A DNA stretch of 56,176 nt, counting the filler, from Sphacelaria rigidula (taxonomy: Eukaryota), in assembly GCA_964200075.2 (NCBI GenBank). It is 7 parts of 7 records of this genome, joined end to end, with 100 filler letters (N's around TTAATTAATTAA, not from the genome) between each part and the next. Parts side by side here need not be neighbours in the genome. Positions count along the whole stretch, not along the records: positions 1 to 7,941 come from CAXNAA020012905.1; positions 8,042 to 15,981 come from CAXNAA020012906.1; 5 more parts are not named here. The stretch is one strand, 5' to 3'. Positions 1 through 12,900 of this stretch are shown here, piece after piece; position 1 is the first letter of the stretch, and the number at the start of each line of letters is the position of its first letter. Both the position numbers and the translations under genes were made by a program. Under the pieces are notes generated by a model. The model made no database searches and was not told the origin of the DNA. It saw only the letters and a list, made by a program, of their open reading frames with translations.

Positions 1-74
1 TGTGACCCCGGCTGATGCGCCCACATATCCCGAAAAGGGTAGACTGGCGCCCAGAATAAATGGGACGACAACAC
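1..74 (+). mobile_element. 3' tail fragment of tRNA-derived SINE family
   Basis: tgtgaccccggctgatgcgcccacatat...gaataaatgggacgacaacac matches the 3' end of the full-length copy at 30520-30883. Confidence 0.8.
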
Positions 75-76
75 TA

Positions 77-817
77 CTCCCTCTGGGCGGATTTATAAGC
101 AAGGTTCCGAAAAACGGAATATAGGCAAGGTTGGTATGATGTGGCCCCAAACGGGTCGTCTGGGCACTGTGGACCATCGGACAACGTTTGTATATGATCA
201 GGTACCACATTGGGGAATAAACAAAATCGATGAGGTTGGGAGGGGGGGATTGTGCGTAAAAATCCCCTGGTCAGTCATTTCGGTGGAGATCCAGCTTTTT
301 TGTACCCAGCGACGGATAAACAAGCCCCGTCACAGGTTTCACAACCCGGAATACCCCGTATGAATGGGGCACGACATTTGATGTGAAAAAATAAAGAGTC
401 CCCTCTCGAAAAGGGAGGGATATTTCATTATCATCCGCGGTTTGGGGCACCGTAGACCACGCTTCAGAACCCCATCGACGCTGCGCGTCAATAGGTACCG
501 AATGACTTCTTCTCCTTCTGAGTCATCCAAATTCTTGCGGTTTTGCCCCCGAGATGCGTTCTCAGCGGCAGACATGTCTCACCAGCAGATGGGAAGGCTT
601 TTGGGCGGTGGTCCAAAGTTGGGGTGATGATTTCGAGCAACTTCTGCTGGGGTGTGATGAACTTTTTTGGTGCGACCTCTAAAAAACAGCGCTTCTGTGC
701 GTTCCGCAGCGGCGGTCCAAAAACAAAAACAAAAAACGGTTCGGAAAAAAGACCTTCATATGCCCGAGTTAGACCGCTTTTGGTCCGAACCTTGCTTATA
801 AATCCTCCCAGAGGGAG
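77..817. mobile_element. Non-autonomous Tc1/mariner (Stowaway-like) TIR element
   Basis: ~31-bp TIRs CTCCCTCTGGG(C/A)GGATTTATAAGCAAGGTTC at 77.. and ..817, each flanked by TA (75-76, 818-819); no intact transposase ORF inside. Confidence 0.85.
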
Positions 818-2655
818 TATATGTAGAGGAAGATTGGGGAAAGGGAGAACAGAGAAGGAGACTACAGAAGTAGTGAAGCCCAAAGAATTCAGGGCAGCAG
901 AGCATGTATACATACACACCAGGGGGAACCGCAGAGCCACCGACCAAGGACATGACCAACAATCGATGTGAGCAGACAGGGTTATACAAGGAGGAAACCC
1001 CTGCAGGGTTTGAGTTATTCGGAATCATGAATTTCCGACAAACTTCTCACCCCTACCAAGCGGTAAGCTAACCTCGCCGCAATAGCGAAACAGCTATCTG
1101 AAGCCCCTGGTTCACTTCATCTGAACCCCAAACAAGAAGGCAAATGACGAGATACCTTTCTTCGTTGCAACATACAGCAAATTTGACCACCGCAAGAGCA
1201 CTACGGGGCCCCGAGAGCTTCGATTCGCCAGCAAGAGCTATGCACGGCGAAACCGCTGTTGTTATCATGTTGCTTTTATTAGTAATCTTCGACGGCATCT
1301 TCAATGCTCAATACACGGCGCACACAGTGTACGACATCTCTACACGTACTCACATGAAGGTAACTGATACAAAATCAACTTGCGCTGGCATAGTTGACAC
1401 ACACACAAAGCTAGCAATGCCATCAAGCGCTGCTGGGATGCATCCCTACTGTGAATTGTTCGTGAAAGGTGTGCTCAAAAGCACTACCAGCAAATAACGC
1501 AGTATTCACGGACGGTATGAGCACCATGCTGGCTTCAAACGATAGCTTCTAGTAAGTGCTACTCGCATGCGCAAAGGCGTTGCACTGTGTTACGCACGAG
1601 ATCATTTTTACCGGTACCGATATCTGGTGTTGGTGCTTTGGAAATGACACTCGTCGTCAATTCGTGCGATGCAGTAGATAGAATTGAGTCGGGACTTCAT
1701 TGAGGGAGAAGACCTTTGGAGATTCTCTCCACAAATGATTCCGAAAATCAGCAAGTACAGGCTTGGTAGAGTTCGTTGAGTCCGCCGTGCATTGTTTTTC
1801 TAGGGGGTGGTAAATAAGGTGACCATATCCCCGGAGCAATACTGCCTGCTCAGCCCATGGCAGACGTGTGTAGGCGCTCAGTAAAGGCCTAGTCGCTCCT
1901 TACACGCCTTCAGTCACTTTGTAGACGCCTTCAGTCATTCCTCAGATACCGTGAAGTCACTTTTCAGACACCCTTGGTCGTAAAACCGGCACTTGGACAT
2001 GCCGACATTTCAGCGTCCAAGTTCAAGATATCCATCAGTATTTCAGAGTCAGTTCTTCTCCTCAGACTGCATGGGGTCCAAACAGTGGTATCACCTTCCG
2101 CAGATTCGGTGCATCCACTCGCCGTGAACAGGAAGAGAAATGAGTGTGGCTCGAACAGGCGATGAGCATTTGAGCAATCCTCATTTCTTCTGCGCATTCT
2201 TGACTGTAAGGGTTAGGAGAATAACTAGGCAGAAGATTCTCTAGTTGAGCGGGTGGGTGCCTCAATAGATCACTGTCTAACTTGTTTTTTTTTTTCCGGC
2301 CGAGAACAGGCTATGACCTTTAAAGTGAAGGGAGGGTCTGTCATCTCAGAATGTTGCCTCCTTGTCATATGACTTGGCTTGGAAAGCTTCTATATTTTTC
2401 CAAGGACGTTCATGATAATACACGAGTATGTTCCACCTAGTTTTTCTCAGATATTAGGGGGTCAAAACAGGGGGTATCACTTTCCACGGTCCGTGTATCC
2501 ACTCCTTCCCGTACTCAGGGGTCCTCGGGTTGGCTGAAGCCGCCCAGAGGGCTTCCCTTACCTCATCCTGTAATACACGAAAGCGATTCCTGGTCGACAC
2601 TGGTATACAGTTATACATGTATATGTATATGTATATATATATATATATTACATTC

Positions 2656-3700
2656 CTATTCGCGGAGCTCACGAAGAGGTTTACCACTAAAAGCTGCCAA
2701 CGAGCAACAATGCTCACTGAGCCGGAACTCGTTGAGCTCTCCGTATTGGTCCTCAGGAACGCCCGGCATCATACCTGCGCCCTCTGATCCCGGCGCCACT
2801 ACCCCCATCAATCGCATATACCGACACACTGTTTTTGGACTCTTCCAGTATGCCTTTGCATAATCTTCGACCATGAGTCACCGTCTAAAGCTCGTGTGAG
2901 GGCTTCCCCGGATCCAAAAGAGTGCAGTGAGATATCCTGCGTCTCACCAGCGGCGTACGCGTATCGCTCTAACGCGGCCGACATTATCGATGCTGATACC
3001 GGTAAAGAACCCCTTCTAGGCTCATCTCCTTCCCGGGTCGAAATGTCTAAAAACAACAGCCTGACGTCATGTGTCATCTCATACGCCTGTTTCGACGGCG
3101 ACTAATTGTTCTACTGCTCGTGCGGGGCAGAGTGCAACATACTCGTCGTCATAAGATACCATCAGTGTGTGATCCGTGTCATCACGCTGGATTTTCCTCC
3201 ACTGGAAGTTGAACATGAGTCCACTCTTGCTCGGGAGTCTGAGTATGCGCTGGATAAGCGTAACGCTTTACTTCGCTCCCCTCTTGATTGTACTGAACCC
3301 GACCGTGAAGAAAGCGACATCCCGAGCGAGCAACACCTTATCTACTACGGGTGAAGCCGTCTGAAGCCAGATCCGCATCGGTGTCACTACGGCCGCAAAA
3401 TGGATACGAAAAATCGCACGCTTGTTTCTGCTCTGTTGTGGTGAACGCCATGTGCAGAGCCGCGAGCTCGTTGGGTACTGGGTTGCCGATCCGCAGGGTG
3501 CTACTCAATGGTGGAACTACCCCTGGCTCTTTCTACCATGAAATGGCCAATTTCGAGACGTGATTTGTTCGAAGAGAATCGTGAGAGTATCGGAGATTGC
3601 ATTGTCCGATTTCTGTTGAGCAGGCTGGCAGATCGGTTGTGCCCACGACGGTATAGTGTCTCCCATTCACCACGGCTCTCCACCTAGACCCAAACAGCAC
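2656..3700 (-). pseudogene. Decayed ALOG-domain tyrosine recombinase of a DIRS-type retrotransposon
   Basis: Manual minus-strand translation across stops and frameshifts gives ...CSTEIGQCNLRYSHDSLRTNHVSKL...GNPVPNEL...TEQKQA (ALOG/core-binding-like), ARDVAFFTVGFSTIKRG (catalytic R), FNFQWRK, LCPARAVEQL, ISLHSFGSGEALTRAL (HxxR decayed to HSFG) and AYWKSPKTVCRYMRL (W and catalytic Y). Confidence 0.8.
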
Positions 3701-3743
3701 TGCATTGTCTGAGGAGGAGCACTGACTAGGAAATAATGATGAT

Positions 3744-4360
3744 TTTCTGGTCCTTCCGTCGGACGTGACACCGCCGGCCCCCGCGGCATCCGGCGGCATC
3801 GAGCGCGGGGAGAAGGAGTCGCATGGCCGGGCGACCCAGTGAAGCACCAGAGCGTGGTTAGCGGCGGGTCAGCCTCCGGCCACAAACGCACCTTGGACGT
3901 ACACGCGACAAATCGAGTCCCTGGAGGAGCGGAGGAACCTAGCGGAGAATCTCGGTCAACCCTAAGAAGCCCCGAGCAAACCGACCTCGAAATGCCCTCT
4001 GATCCCCGTCTCGAACATTGATGAGGTGACCATCATGTATGCGTGACGTGCCCGTAGGGGCGATCCGAGAGAGGGGAGGAAAACGAGCATCAATGTTCGA
4101 GACGAGGGTCAGAGAGCATTCCGAGGCCGGCTTGCTCGGGGCTCCTTGGGGTTGACCGAGATTCTCCGCTAGGTTCCTCCGCTCCTCCAGGGATTCGATT
4201 TGTCGCGTGTACGTCGTCCAACGCGCATTTGTGGCCGGAGGCTGACCCGCCGCTAACCACGCTCTAGTGCTTCACTGGTTTGCCCGGCTACGCGACTCCT
4301 TCTCCCTGCGCCCGATGCCGCGGGGGCCGGTGGTGCCACGTCCGACGGGAGGACCAGAAA
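3744..4360. repeat. Long inverted repeat, arms 3744-4023 and 4088-4360, 64-bp spacer
   Basis: e.g. ctggaggagcggaggaacctagcggagaatctcggtcaacc versus ggttgaccgagattctccgctaggttcctccgctcctccag; arms align over ~275 bp with scattered substitutions. Confidence 0.92.
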
Positions 4361-6648
4361 TTCGCCGGCAATCGTCATACGAAGACGGTATTTTGGGAGA
4401 TGAGGAGACCCAACACAGCACACACACCGTCTGATGATGCTGAAACTTCATGTGTGTGTGGCTTGAAGACGCAGGTAGGTGTAGACGCTGCAGTTTCGGC
4501 GACGTTTTGTGCTCTGAGTGGCTTGGAAGGATGATTATGCACAAGGCACCGTCTCCCCAAAGACAGAGCCAGACTTGGGTGGCCGGGTACGCGACGGTCT
4601 GACGAGGACAGGGGTGGTCGCTGCAGTATTATTTTATCAGGTACACGGAAATTCGTAGGGTTCATGCTTCCACGTGAAAATCTTGCGCTTTCTCTGACAG
4701 GCGCGTGATCGCCCTTTTACGGAGTTTTTACCGTTCACTTGGTTCCAATGTAGGACAGAGTGCAAGCTACAATTTCACGGACGGATCGCGAGTATTCCAG
4801 CCCTGCCGAGGCATGGTTCGCATCGTACAGTAAGTACAAAATTACTCGTTATACTACCGGCTAGAACCACACGGTGTCAACTTCGTCGTAGATTACCGGG
4901 CCGCGAGACAAATCGTGTATTACAGAGTTTGGGAAAATATTTTTCTGCATTATAGCGTCAGAGTGGAAGAACTCCAGAGTGGGAGTTTTTGAAACTTCAG
5001 AGTGGACGCTCGAAAATTCATAGCGGAAGCCGTTGTGACGTGTCTTGACGGGACTTTTTTTGTCGCAATGATTGGCCGCAGGTTGCCCCGCCAAATGTGC
5101 GATCGACCGGCGCCCAGTTCGAAAATGCATAGGTCAGCAGAGCACTGATTGTACAATAACAGTGGGGAGTCTGTGTTGTACCGTACCCTGCGGCACCGTA
5201 CCGTACCTTACGCTACGCTTCACCGCGCTTGCCCCACTTCACTGGACTACGGTCCACTATAGGGCACTAGAGTGCTGTAGTGCTGTGCAGTGTAGAGAAC
5301 AGACGATGCAGCACAGACAGCGCAATGCAGAACCCTACAACAGTACATTGCGGTACGGTGAAATACAGCGATACCGTACAGACAGACAGTTGTACAGTAG
5401 TACAGTACAGTACGCAGCGCTTCAAGAACAAACAAGGCCGCTTTGTCACGATTTTCCATCATTCCACCCACGACGATGGTGCGATACGTCGTGACTTCCA
5501 ACCGTATGGCAATGCAGCCAGGTGTAGCCCTGCTTGTGCGCTGTAGACCACGAATCTTTCACAGTCTTGTTCCAGCTGAGGCTGGCAAGAGTGAGGAACT
5601 GCACTCAAGGCAACGTCGTCTACCCGCCGACGGAGCATTTAAATCTCACGCAACACAACCAAGCGAATGCTGATACCATGACGGTTAGGGAGGTCCTCTG
5701 ATTGCGATGCCAAGCATTGCTACTTCGTGAATGACCCATGGTTATAAGCATGACAGATATGATAGACGTCGCACTTTGCTGGTTGTGATATTTTGATTGT
5801 GGCCTGGCTGTGGCCGTGGTGGCGAAGGTGGGGGTGGATCTTTTTCGTTCCGCTGTGAAGTTCGGAGAGGTACATAGGTTTTCAGAGTGGAGAGGTCCAC
5901 ACGAGATTCTAACTATGGAAAATTCGCCCTGATTTATTTTTTTCATAGTGGAACGCGCACCGTTACCGGCTATTTTTCCTTCAAGTCTGACTCTAAGAAG
6001 CGGAATTTTTTTTCCGAAACTCTATATTAATTGCTTCCTCTCTCCGCAGTGACATGCATCCCTGACCATCCGGGCGCCTCTGCCTGCGCCATTTTCTATA
6101 TTGTAGCGCCACCTCGGCGTGCTGATGTGGACCCGTCTCTTCCCAGGACGTCTGCCCTTCTAGTCCCGGGATATTTTACACGTCGGGGCATGGCCGTCTT
6201 CAATGGACGCCGCGGCTTGCTAATAATGACTTCTGTAGAATTCCTCCATATTTTTGAAAGAGCAATGACACAGGGAGGGGCTCTGTCAGCGCCGGTGCTG
6301 GCCGTGGTCGAAGACAGTATGGGGTCGATGCCGGCGCTTGACGCTATCGAAAGCGACTGCTGCTTGCAGCCGCGGCCGAAGGCACGTGGGTCTCCCTCAT
6401 CGCGGGTCAAAACCGCACGACAGCAAAAAAACATCAGACACAAACCCCTTGTGCGTCCCCGTGTGTGTGGGCGTCAGGCGTCATGTCGGGCGCTGTATCG
6501 CACATATCACCGATGTAAGCCGATATCTCGGATGGCATGTATATTACTATATATATCCCTACATATCACCTGATTTAGGCAGGTGTATCCCCTGATTTAC
6601 GCAGATATGTTATATGCCATATAACATAGTACTATTTTAGTCCTACAT

Positions 6649-6909
6649 CACGCCCAACAACAGTGGAGAGCGACTGTGTCGTGGGTACACAAAATTCGAC
6701 GTCACGATCGACGAGGTAAAGGGACTGCTGAAGCCCTCTCGCGATAAAAATAAAGGCAAGCGCCGAAAAAGGAAGATAGAGTGCTAAAAAAAATGAAGGA
6801 TGTGAAAAACCCGCCCGTGTTGACCTTCCTCCTATGTGATCCCGGCTGATACGCTCATATATACCTAGAGGTGGCGAAATGGCGTGAAGAATAGATGGGA
6901 TGACAACAC
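6649..6909 (+). mobile_element. 5'-truncated SINE copy
   Basis: cgcccaacaacagtggagagcga...gtcgtgggtacac...cccggctgatacgctcatatatacc...aatagatgggatgacaacac, homologous to 30620-30883. Confidence 0.8.
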
Positions 6910-7100
6910 GGACACTCCCGTGACCACGGAACGCTTCTGCAACAGATGCCCACTACGAAAGTTAAAGCGTAGGGAGGTGCTGCGCAGAAAAACTCGAAGA
7001 CAACAGCAAGTACGACAGCAATAACCTCGCCCGGGAATCATTTATAGGCAACTACAAATCTTAGTTGAGGTTGTACGGTGCGGTCTTCATACCAGACTTT

Positions 7101-7345
7101 CAAGGGCAGGTCGAGTAGCGTATGTACTTTTATATACTCGGGAAAAATTCTCGAGTATTTACTCTGCTCAAATTTCGAGTGGGTTGGTAACGGCCTCAAA
7201 TACTCTACTCAAATTTTGAGTTGATTGGGTACGACCTCAAATACTCTTCTCAATTTTTCGGTAAGTACTCCCGGCGATACATGAGCATAGAGTATCACTT
7301 GGGTATGATCTCAATGCTCTACTCAAATCTTGAGTATATCAACCC
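7101..7345. mobile_element. Truncated hAT-like MITE (variant of 19200-19533)
   Basis: Starts with CAAGGGCAGGTCGAGTAG and is collinear with the reverse complement of 19200-19533; second TIR not seen. Confidence 0.75.
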
Positions 7346-7941
7346 TTTTGGGACTGAAGCTCAGTGACAAGGGGTTTCACCATGTATTGGCAAAATAATA
7401 ATAAGCAAGTCTGGGAGCGACCTCCCCAATCACGGCGAGGCGAAATTTATCGACCACGTCCGAACCACCAGTGGAGGGGGGCTGTCGCCGGGAGTGATTT
7501 CACTGCCAAGTTGGTGTACCCTGTCCATGGCCCACAAAAAAGCCTTCCAAGCAAAAAAAAGCCCCAAATGGTCGGGGCTCGGATTCCCGATTTTTTTCAT
7601 CATTTTACTTGCATTTTATATAGGTCCGACCTCCCATACCCCGACTTTTGGGGGGGTCACCATCCCATAGTATAGCCTAGTTGATAACACCAACACGTAG
7701 TGCTCGGGGGGAATTCGGGAATAAATGTACCCTACTATATATGTAGTCATGTTCACAAGGCGACTGAATCTGGCAACGCTGTGGGACGAGGGACGGAGCT
7801 ACAGGCATGAATTCTGTGAATCCCTCTGTCGAAGCGGTACAAGCAGCGGTGAGGTCGTATGTAATCGACGGTAACGAACAAGCTGTGTAAAGGCAGCTGA
7901 TCTCTGTCGCGGAGAACTGCCCAGAACATGTGAGGGAGTAT

Positions 7942-8041
7942 NNNNNNNNNNNNNNNNNNNNNNNNNNNNNNNNNNNNNNNNNNNNTTAATTAATTAANNN
8001 NNNNNNNNNNNNNNNNNNNNNNNNNNNNNNNNNNNNNNNNN
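7942..8041. other. Artificial contig linker
   Basis: N44-TTAATTAATTAA-N44, with stop codons in all six frames. Confidence 0.97.
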
Positions 8042-9565
8042 CCCCCAAATTCGTTTTCTGTTCCGATAGGTCGGCCTGATAGTCCCCTGGACATTTGGAG
8101 TATGATAATTATTTGCGCCAATTGCCCGTTGATGGCCCTCGGGCGGTAAACCAGACAGAAACACAAACTTTTCGATCCGAAGTATGACGAGGGTAGAATC
8201 CATTTTCATCGTTGAGCGGGCAGGTTGGAGGTAGGGGCGTCTATATCACAGAGCATGACACTTGCAGCTTTATCGGCCAAAAGCTCCCCCGACACAGTTG
8301 CCGCACTCGCAACACCCCCATGCTCCGTGGGATTACTCTGTCCTCTGTCTTACACTAGCCGTACCGACTACGAGACGGACATGGGCAAGACATCGACTTG
8401 GCGGACTCAGGACCCGCTGTTTTTTGTGTAGGCGTTATGTCTTCTTCCTCCAAACAACTATTCCTAACCCTCAAAAATGAGCCAGGCAAACAACAGGCTA
8501 CCTGCACGACCGGGTGCTATATGGGTCAAGAAGCGATAGCCTACGAAGCCAGCAGTCTTTCGCAACACAAAAAAAATGATCCGACCCGACTTGTGGCCAC
8601 ACACCAAAACGGCGACAAACGACGCCATCCCTCGACCCACTTCACCTCATTTTCCCCCAAGATGTCGGCAGTAATTTACCCTTTTACGTATAGATAACGT
8701 TGAAATCGTTCCACGATTTATTATACTTGCTGCTGCTTGCTTCACTTTACCCTGACGGAGTGGGGGTCAAGCGCGCAGCATCCAGTCCGAAAACCAGGGG
8801 TATTTGTCATCATCTACGAATATACGGATATGTTGAAAAGTACATGAAATAATACGAGGATGCTCGGTGGAACACTCACCCCAAGGTTTCCTTATCAACA
8901 GCAGGGTTGCCCCCGCCAGCCTAATTTTGTTCGTGTGCACGTTTACATGCCTCGGCATTCTCGTAAGTGACCGTTACCGCGGCTTTTCGGCCTGTACGCT
9001 GCGCACTTGACCCCCATTTCGTCCGAGCAAAGCAAAGTTCGCAACGAGTATGGCCGAGTGTGAGAACAGTAGTGGAGCTTGACAAGTGTAAGGGACAGGA
9101 ATATAGTGTCTCTGTTTTGGGGTAAATGAGGTGACGTAGAACCAGGGAGGGCGATTTTCTGTTCGCAAATGGAAGCACTAAGTCGAATTTGCAGACAAAA
9201 TCTCATCTAGCTAGCTTTTCTAAACGTCCTTGGGTGTATCGGTAGATCGGATAAGCCACAAGCATCGATGGTCGTTTGGGTGTTGACCGGGAGGGCAAAG
9301 CCCGATCGTGCTTGGGTCATGATTTACCAAAAAACGTGGCCTTTATGTCGTACTTGTTCATGGTAGAAACGATTTTGGCTGCTCGGATATGATCTCGCCA
9401 AGCGTCACTTTTGCCCCAAAATGCCATGGTTCACGTCACCTTATCGGCAAGTGGCACATTACTCAGGGATGGAGATGACCGAGGCGGCTTGTCCTCATGC
9501 CCCTCCGCATGTATGCATGTATGTCTTCGTGTGTGGTGTCTTCTTATTGTAGTCTCTTATGTGTA

Positions 9566-9830
9566 TGTGTTGTCCCATCTATTCTGGACACCTGTTTACA
9601 CCTTTCGGTATATGTGGGCGCACCAGCCGGGGTCACAGACGAGGAAGGTCAACACAGGAGTTTTATTTTTTTTGTTTGTTTAAGTTCTCCACCTTCCTTC
9701 TGCGGTGCTGGCCTTTGTTTTTTATCGCGAGAGAGGTTCAGCAACCCCTTTCCCTCGTCAACCATTACGTCGAATTTTGTGCACCCACGACATCGTCGCT
9801 CTCCACTGTTGGGCATGGTGTGAAGAGAAA
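9566..9830 (-). mobile_element. 5'-truncated SINE copy
   Basis: Reverse complement of the SINE body and tail (cccatctattctgg...gccggggtcacag...cgctctccactgttgggc). Confidence 0.8.
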
Positions 9831-9945
9831 TTCACGTTGGATTATCTTGGTTGCCGTGCACCCCATGGTTAGTATGCCTCACTCTCTCCATGTACGCGTA
9901 CATGTTCGTCGTATGCTACCTCTTGTGTGTGTGTAATTCTCTCAG

Positions 9946-12900
9946 CTGGACTGCTTCCTCATGTTTGTGGGCGCTTGCTGCGCTGCTGCGGCCGGCGTGG
10001 TCATGCCCATCTTCTCCATCATTTTCGGAGATATCTTGGACGCTTTCCACGGGGCCGATCCCGCCAAGGAGGTAGGCAACTCAGTAGATGACCCCCATCA
10101 GAACCAATCCGCTGTACAAGAACGTTGCGTGGCAGAAGCAAGATGACGCTGCCCTGTGTAGGGAGGGTATGTACAGTGCACAGATCACGAGAAGGGTGGG
10201 TGTGCTGCAAGGTTATTTTCATGCGTACGCTATCTGCCGTAGACATTAAAAGTTCCCAGGGTCCAGAGTGCTTACAGGGAGCAGTATCGCACAAACACCA
10301 CACTAGTAGCCTGAGAAGTGGTGAATAAACATTCACTTGTTCGTGTTGTTTTGATATTCGTCAGTTTCCGTTGTTGTTGCTGTTGTTGATGGTGTACATC
10401 GGTATAATCGTTGCTCTCATTTTCCCCGCGCATTCAAACTGCTCGCGGCCAGCTCATTTTTGTGTTCTCTCGTGCGCTGTTCATTTTTTTCCTCCCTCGT
10501 ATCCGCTGGGTTCCCGTGGTTCCTTTTTCCCCCGCGGATACCACATTTTGTTTTGTATTTTCAAACACATACACGTGCACATGCACCAGGTGAACAAGAA
10601 CGCTCTGTACTTTGTGTACCTCGCCGCCACTTCCTTCTTCCTCAACACTGGCCTCAACACTTTCTTCAGTATAGCTGCGGAAAGACAGGTGGGTGACAAC
10701 GACGCGAGCACCCCGCCGCTGTTACTGAGCTGAAACAAAATGTGTGTTGTGGTTATACGCTAATTTTGGTACATTTGTTACGGCAAGCGCCCTCTCTTTC
10801 TCCCTAGGCTTGATGTTTCCCCCTCGCCTGATTTTCGCGCATGTGTAAATAAATCGCTGCTACAACAGTGACGGTAGCAGAGAGAGTGGTTTCATTTTGA
10901 ATAGAGCGCGGGTTGTGTCTTTTTCCAAAAAGTCGGCCCCTTGGCCTGTCGTTCTTGTTTTGTTTTGTTTGCGCCTCCACGTTATATACTATCTGTTGTC
11001 CCTCTGTTTTCACCGTCGACGGTCTTGCGTTCGCCGCAGCTTCCCCCTTCTTCCAACAACGCGCAAGCGCGTTTGTTGTCGTCGATGCATCGGCATTTTG
11101 GTACGATATGTATTCCCCCACGATTCCATTTTTTTGCCTCTGGTGGGAGCGGGGAGGAGGGTGAGGTGAGGGAAGGGAGAGGGAGACGTTCGTTCTTTTT
11201 TCAATGGCGTGTAAGTATGCACCACGAGAAGTTGACGGCTGACCCGTGCATTGTGTTAGGAGTACATGATACTGAGGGAAGGGGGAGTATATATGAGATG
11301 ATGGGGTAAACTGATTTATCTGAAGGGGGCAGAAGAGGGCACGCCGATTCGAAGCTTGAGATTCGAATACGGATGAGCAGAGGTGATCAGCAGTGCTGCG
11401 ATATGAAATTGGATAAAGTTTGAAATGTATGTATATAATATATATATATGGTCGTGAGCAGCCTCGTCCCGAACACATGAAGGTGACATACCGTCGGGGA
11501 CGGGAAACGGTCCGATTTCCACGGGACAAATGAAGGTCGTGGGACTACATATATATACTCTGCTTCCTCTCCTACTCCACGAAAACAAAATTGGCTTACC
11601 GCATGATAGGGCACAGGATGAATGCGTACGAGTAGCCATGAAATTTGTAAATGCTTTCAAGAACAAAACTGCGGATTATATGCTGAGAGGTCTCAACTTT
11701 GATTCGAACTCGGGAATTACTTCACGATAAATACATAAAAATTAAAACTATTTGGAGAGAGATTGGAAGAAGAGATGAAGCGCCGATGGTATGGTTTCAA
11801 GATGTTCCCGCCAATCTTCGCCTGTATTGCCAACATGTGCTCCTCAATTGTGGAATCAGATACGGCGTATGCGTTTGAGCTACCTGCGCGCGGCTCTTCG
11901 ACAGGAGATTGGCTGGTGAGCGAGCATGCGCAGTCCTCTCTCCCCCCCCCCCCCCACCCCCTGGTCTTTTTTCTTTGTGTGTGTATGCCGCAGCTGATGT
12001 TGTGAGGTGACATTTAATTATTTTCTCACTCTTCCGCATTTATCTTTTCAACGCAATACAGCACGAAATTGCGAAATCACGCTACTTGCGGGTAGGTTGC
12101 TCCCATAGGTGAGGGGGGTGCTATGACTCAAGTCGTGTTTTTCATCGGGGGGTTTCTTAGTTCTGGTGCGTTGTTTCCTCCCTCAAGACTACAAACTTCC
12201 CAACGCAGTGAAGTTCCCAGTATTTTATCCGATTGCCTCGGTCGTATGTTCGAAGAAAATTTAGCATAGTTTCCGCGGACGATTTCCGACCAGTTTTTCA
12301 CCGTATTGTGGGCGAACTCTGTGCCTATACTGTACAGTAGTGGTCGTCCTTTTTTTCGTTTTTTCATTCATCATTACCATGCTTGAGCCGTACATCGCGG
12401 TTCGTACTCGTCCCGACTCCCCCCCTCCCCTCTCTTCGTTCGTCGCTAGCGACAGTTATTCATTTATTCACCTTCGTTGTTTACGTAGTCTCGCCCGAGT
12501 TGTCCACACCAACACCACACCAACACCGCAACGCAGGTTTGACACCACCAAACCGGGGGAGCTTAGCACACGCATCAAGGGAGACACGCTGATCGTGAAA
12601 GAGGGCATCGGAGTGAAGGTCAGTGACAGAGGTGGTCAGAACATTACACTGATGTCTCTTTGGTGGTTCGGCCATGCATTCAGGGGGCCCAAAAAGGTAT
12701 GCGTCGCACGCACCGGAAAGGTACGTGTCACATACCAAATACCTATCAGCTGGTCGGCATATACCCGGCACATGCGGTCGTAGTGTCGGTGCCTGACCTA
12801 CGCTGTTTCATCCCTGTTCTTGTCCCTGTCGCTGCACTCTCGACGCTAACATGCCTGCAAACCCACCTGCGCACTTGCCTACGCCGTCACGGGCCGACGA

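Noticed and set aside
7986-7997. TTAATTAATTAA recurring every ~8039 bp as a biological periodic motif or piggyBac site
   Set aside because: Always centred in 100-bp N spacers; it is a synthetic six-frame stop linker
8767-9206. RRM-like or ORF1-like fragment (VTVTYENAEACKRAHE) on the minus strand
   Set aside because: Too short and interrupted by stops to support a call
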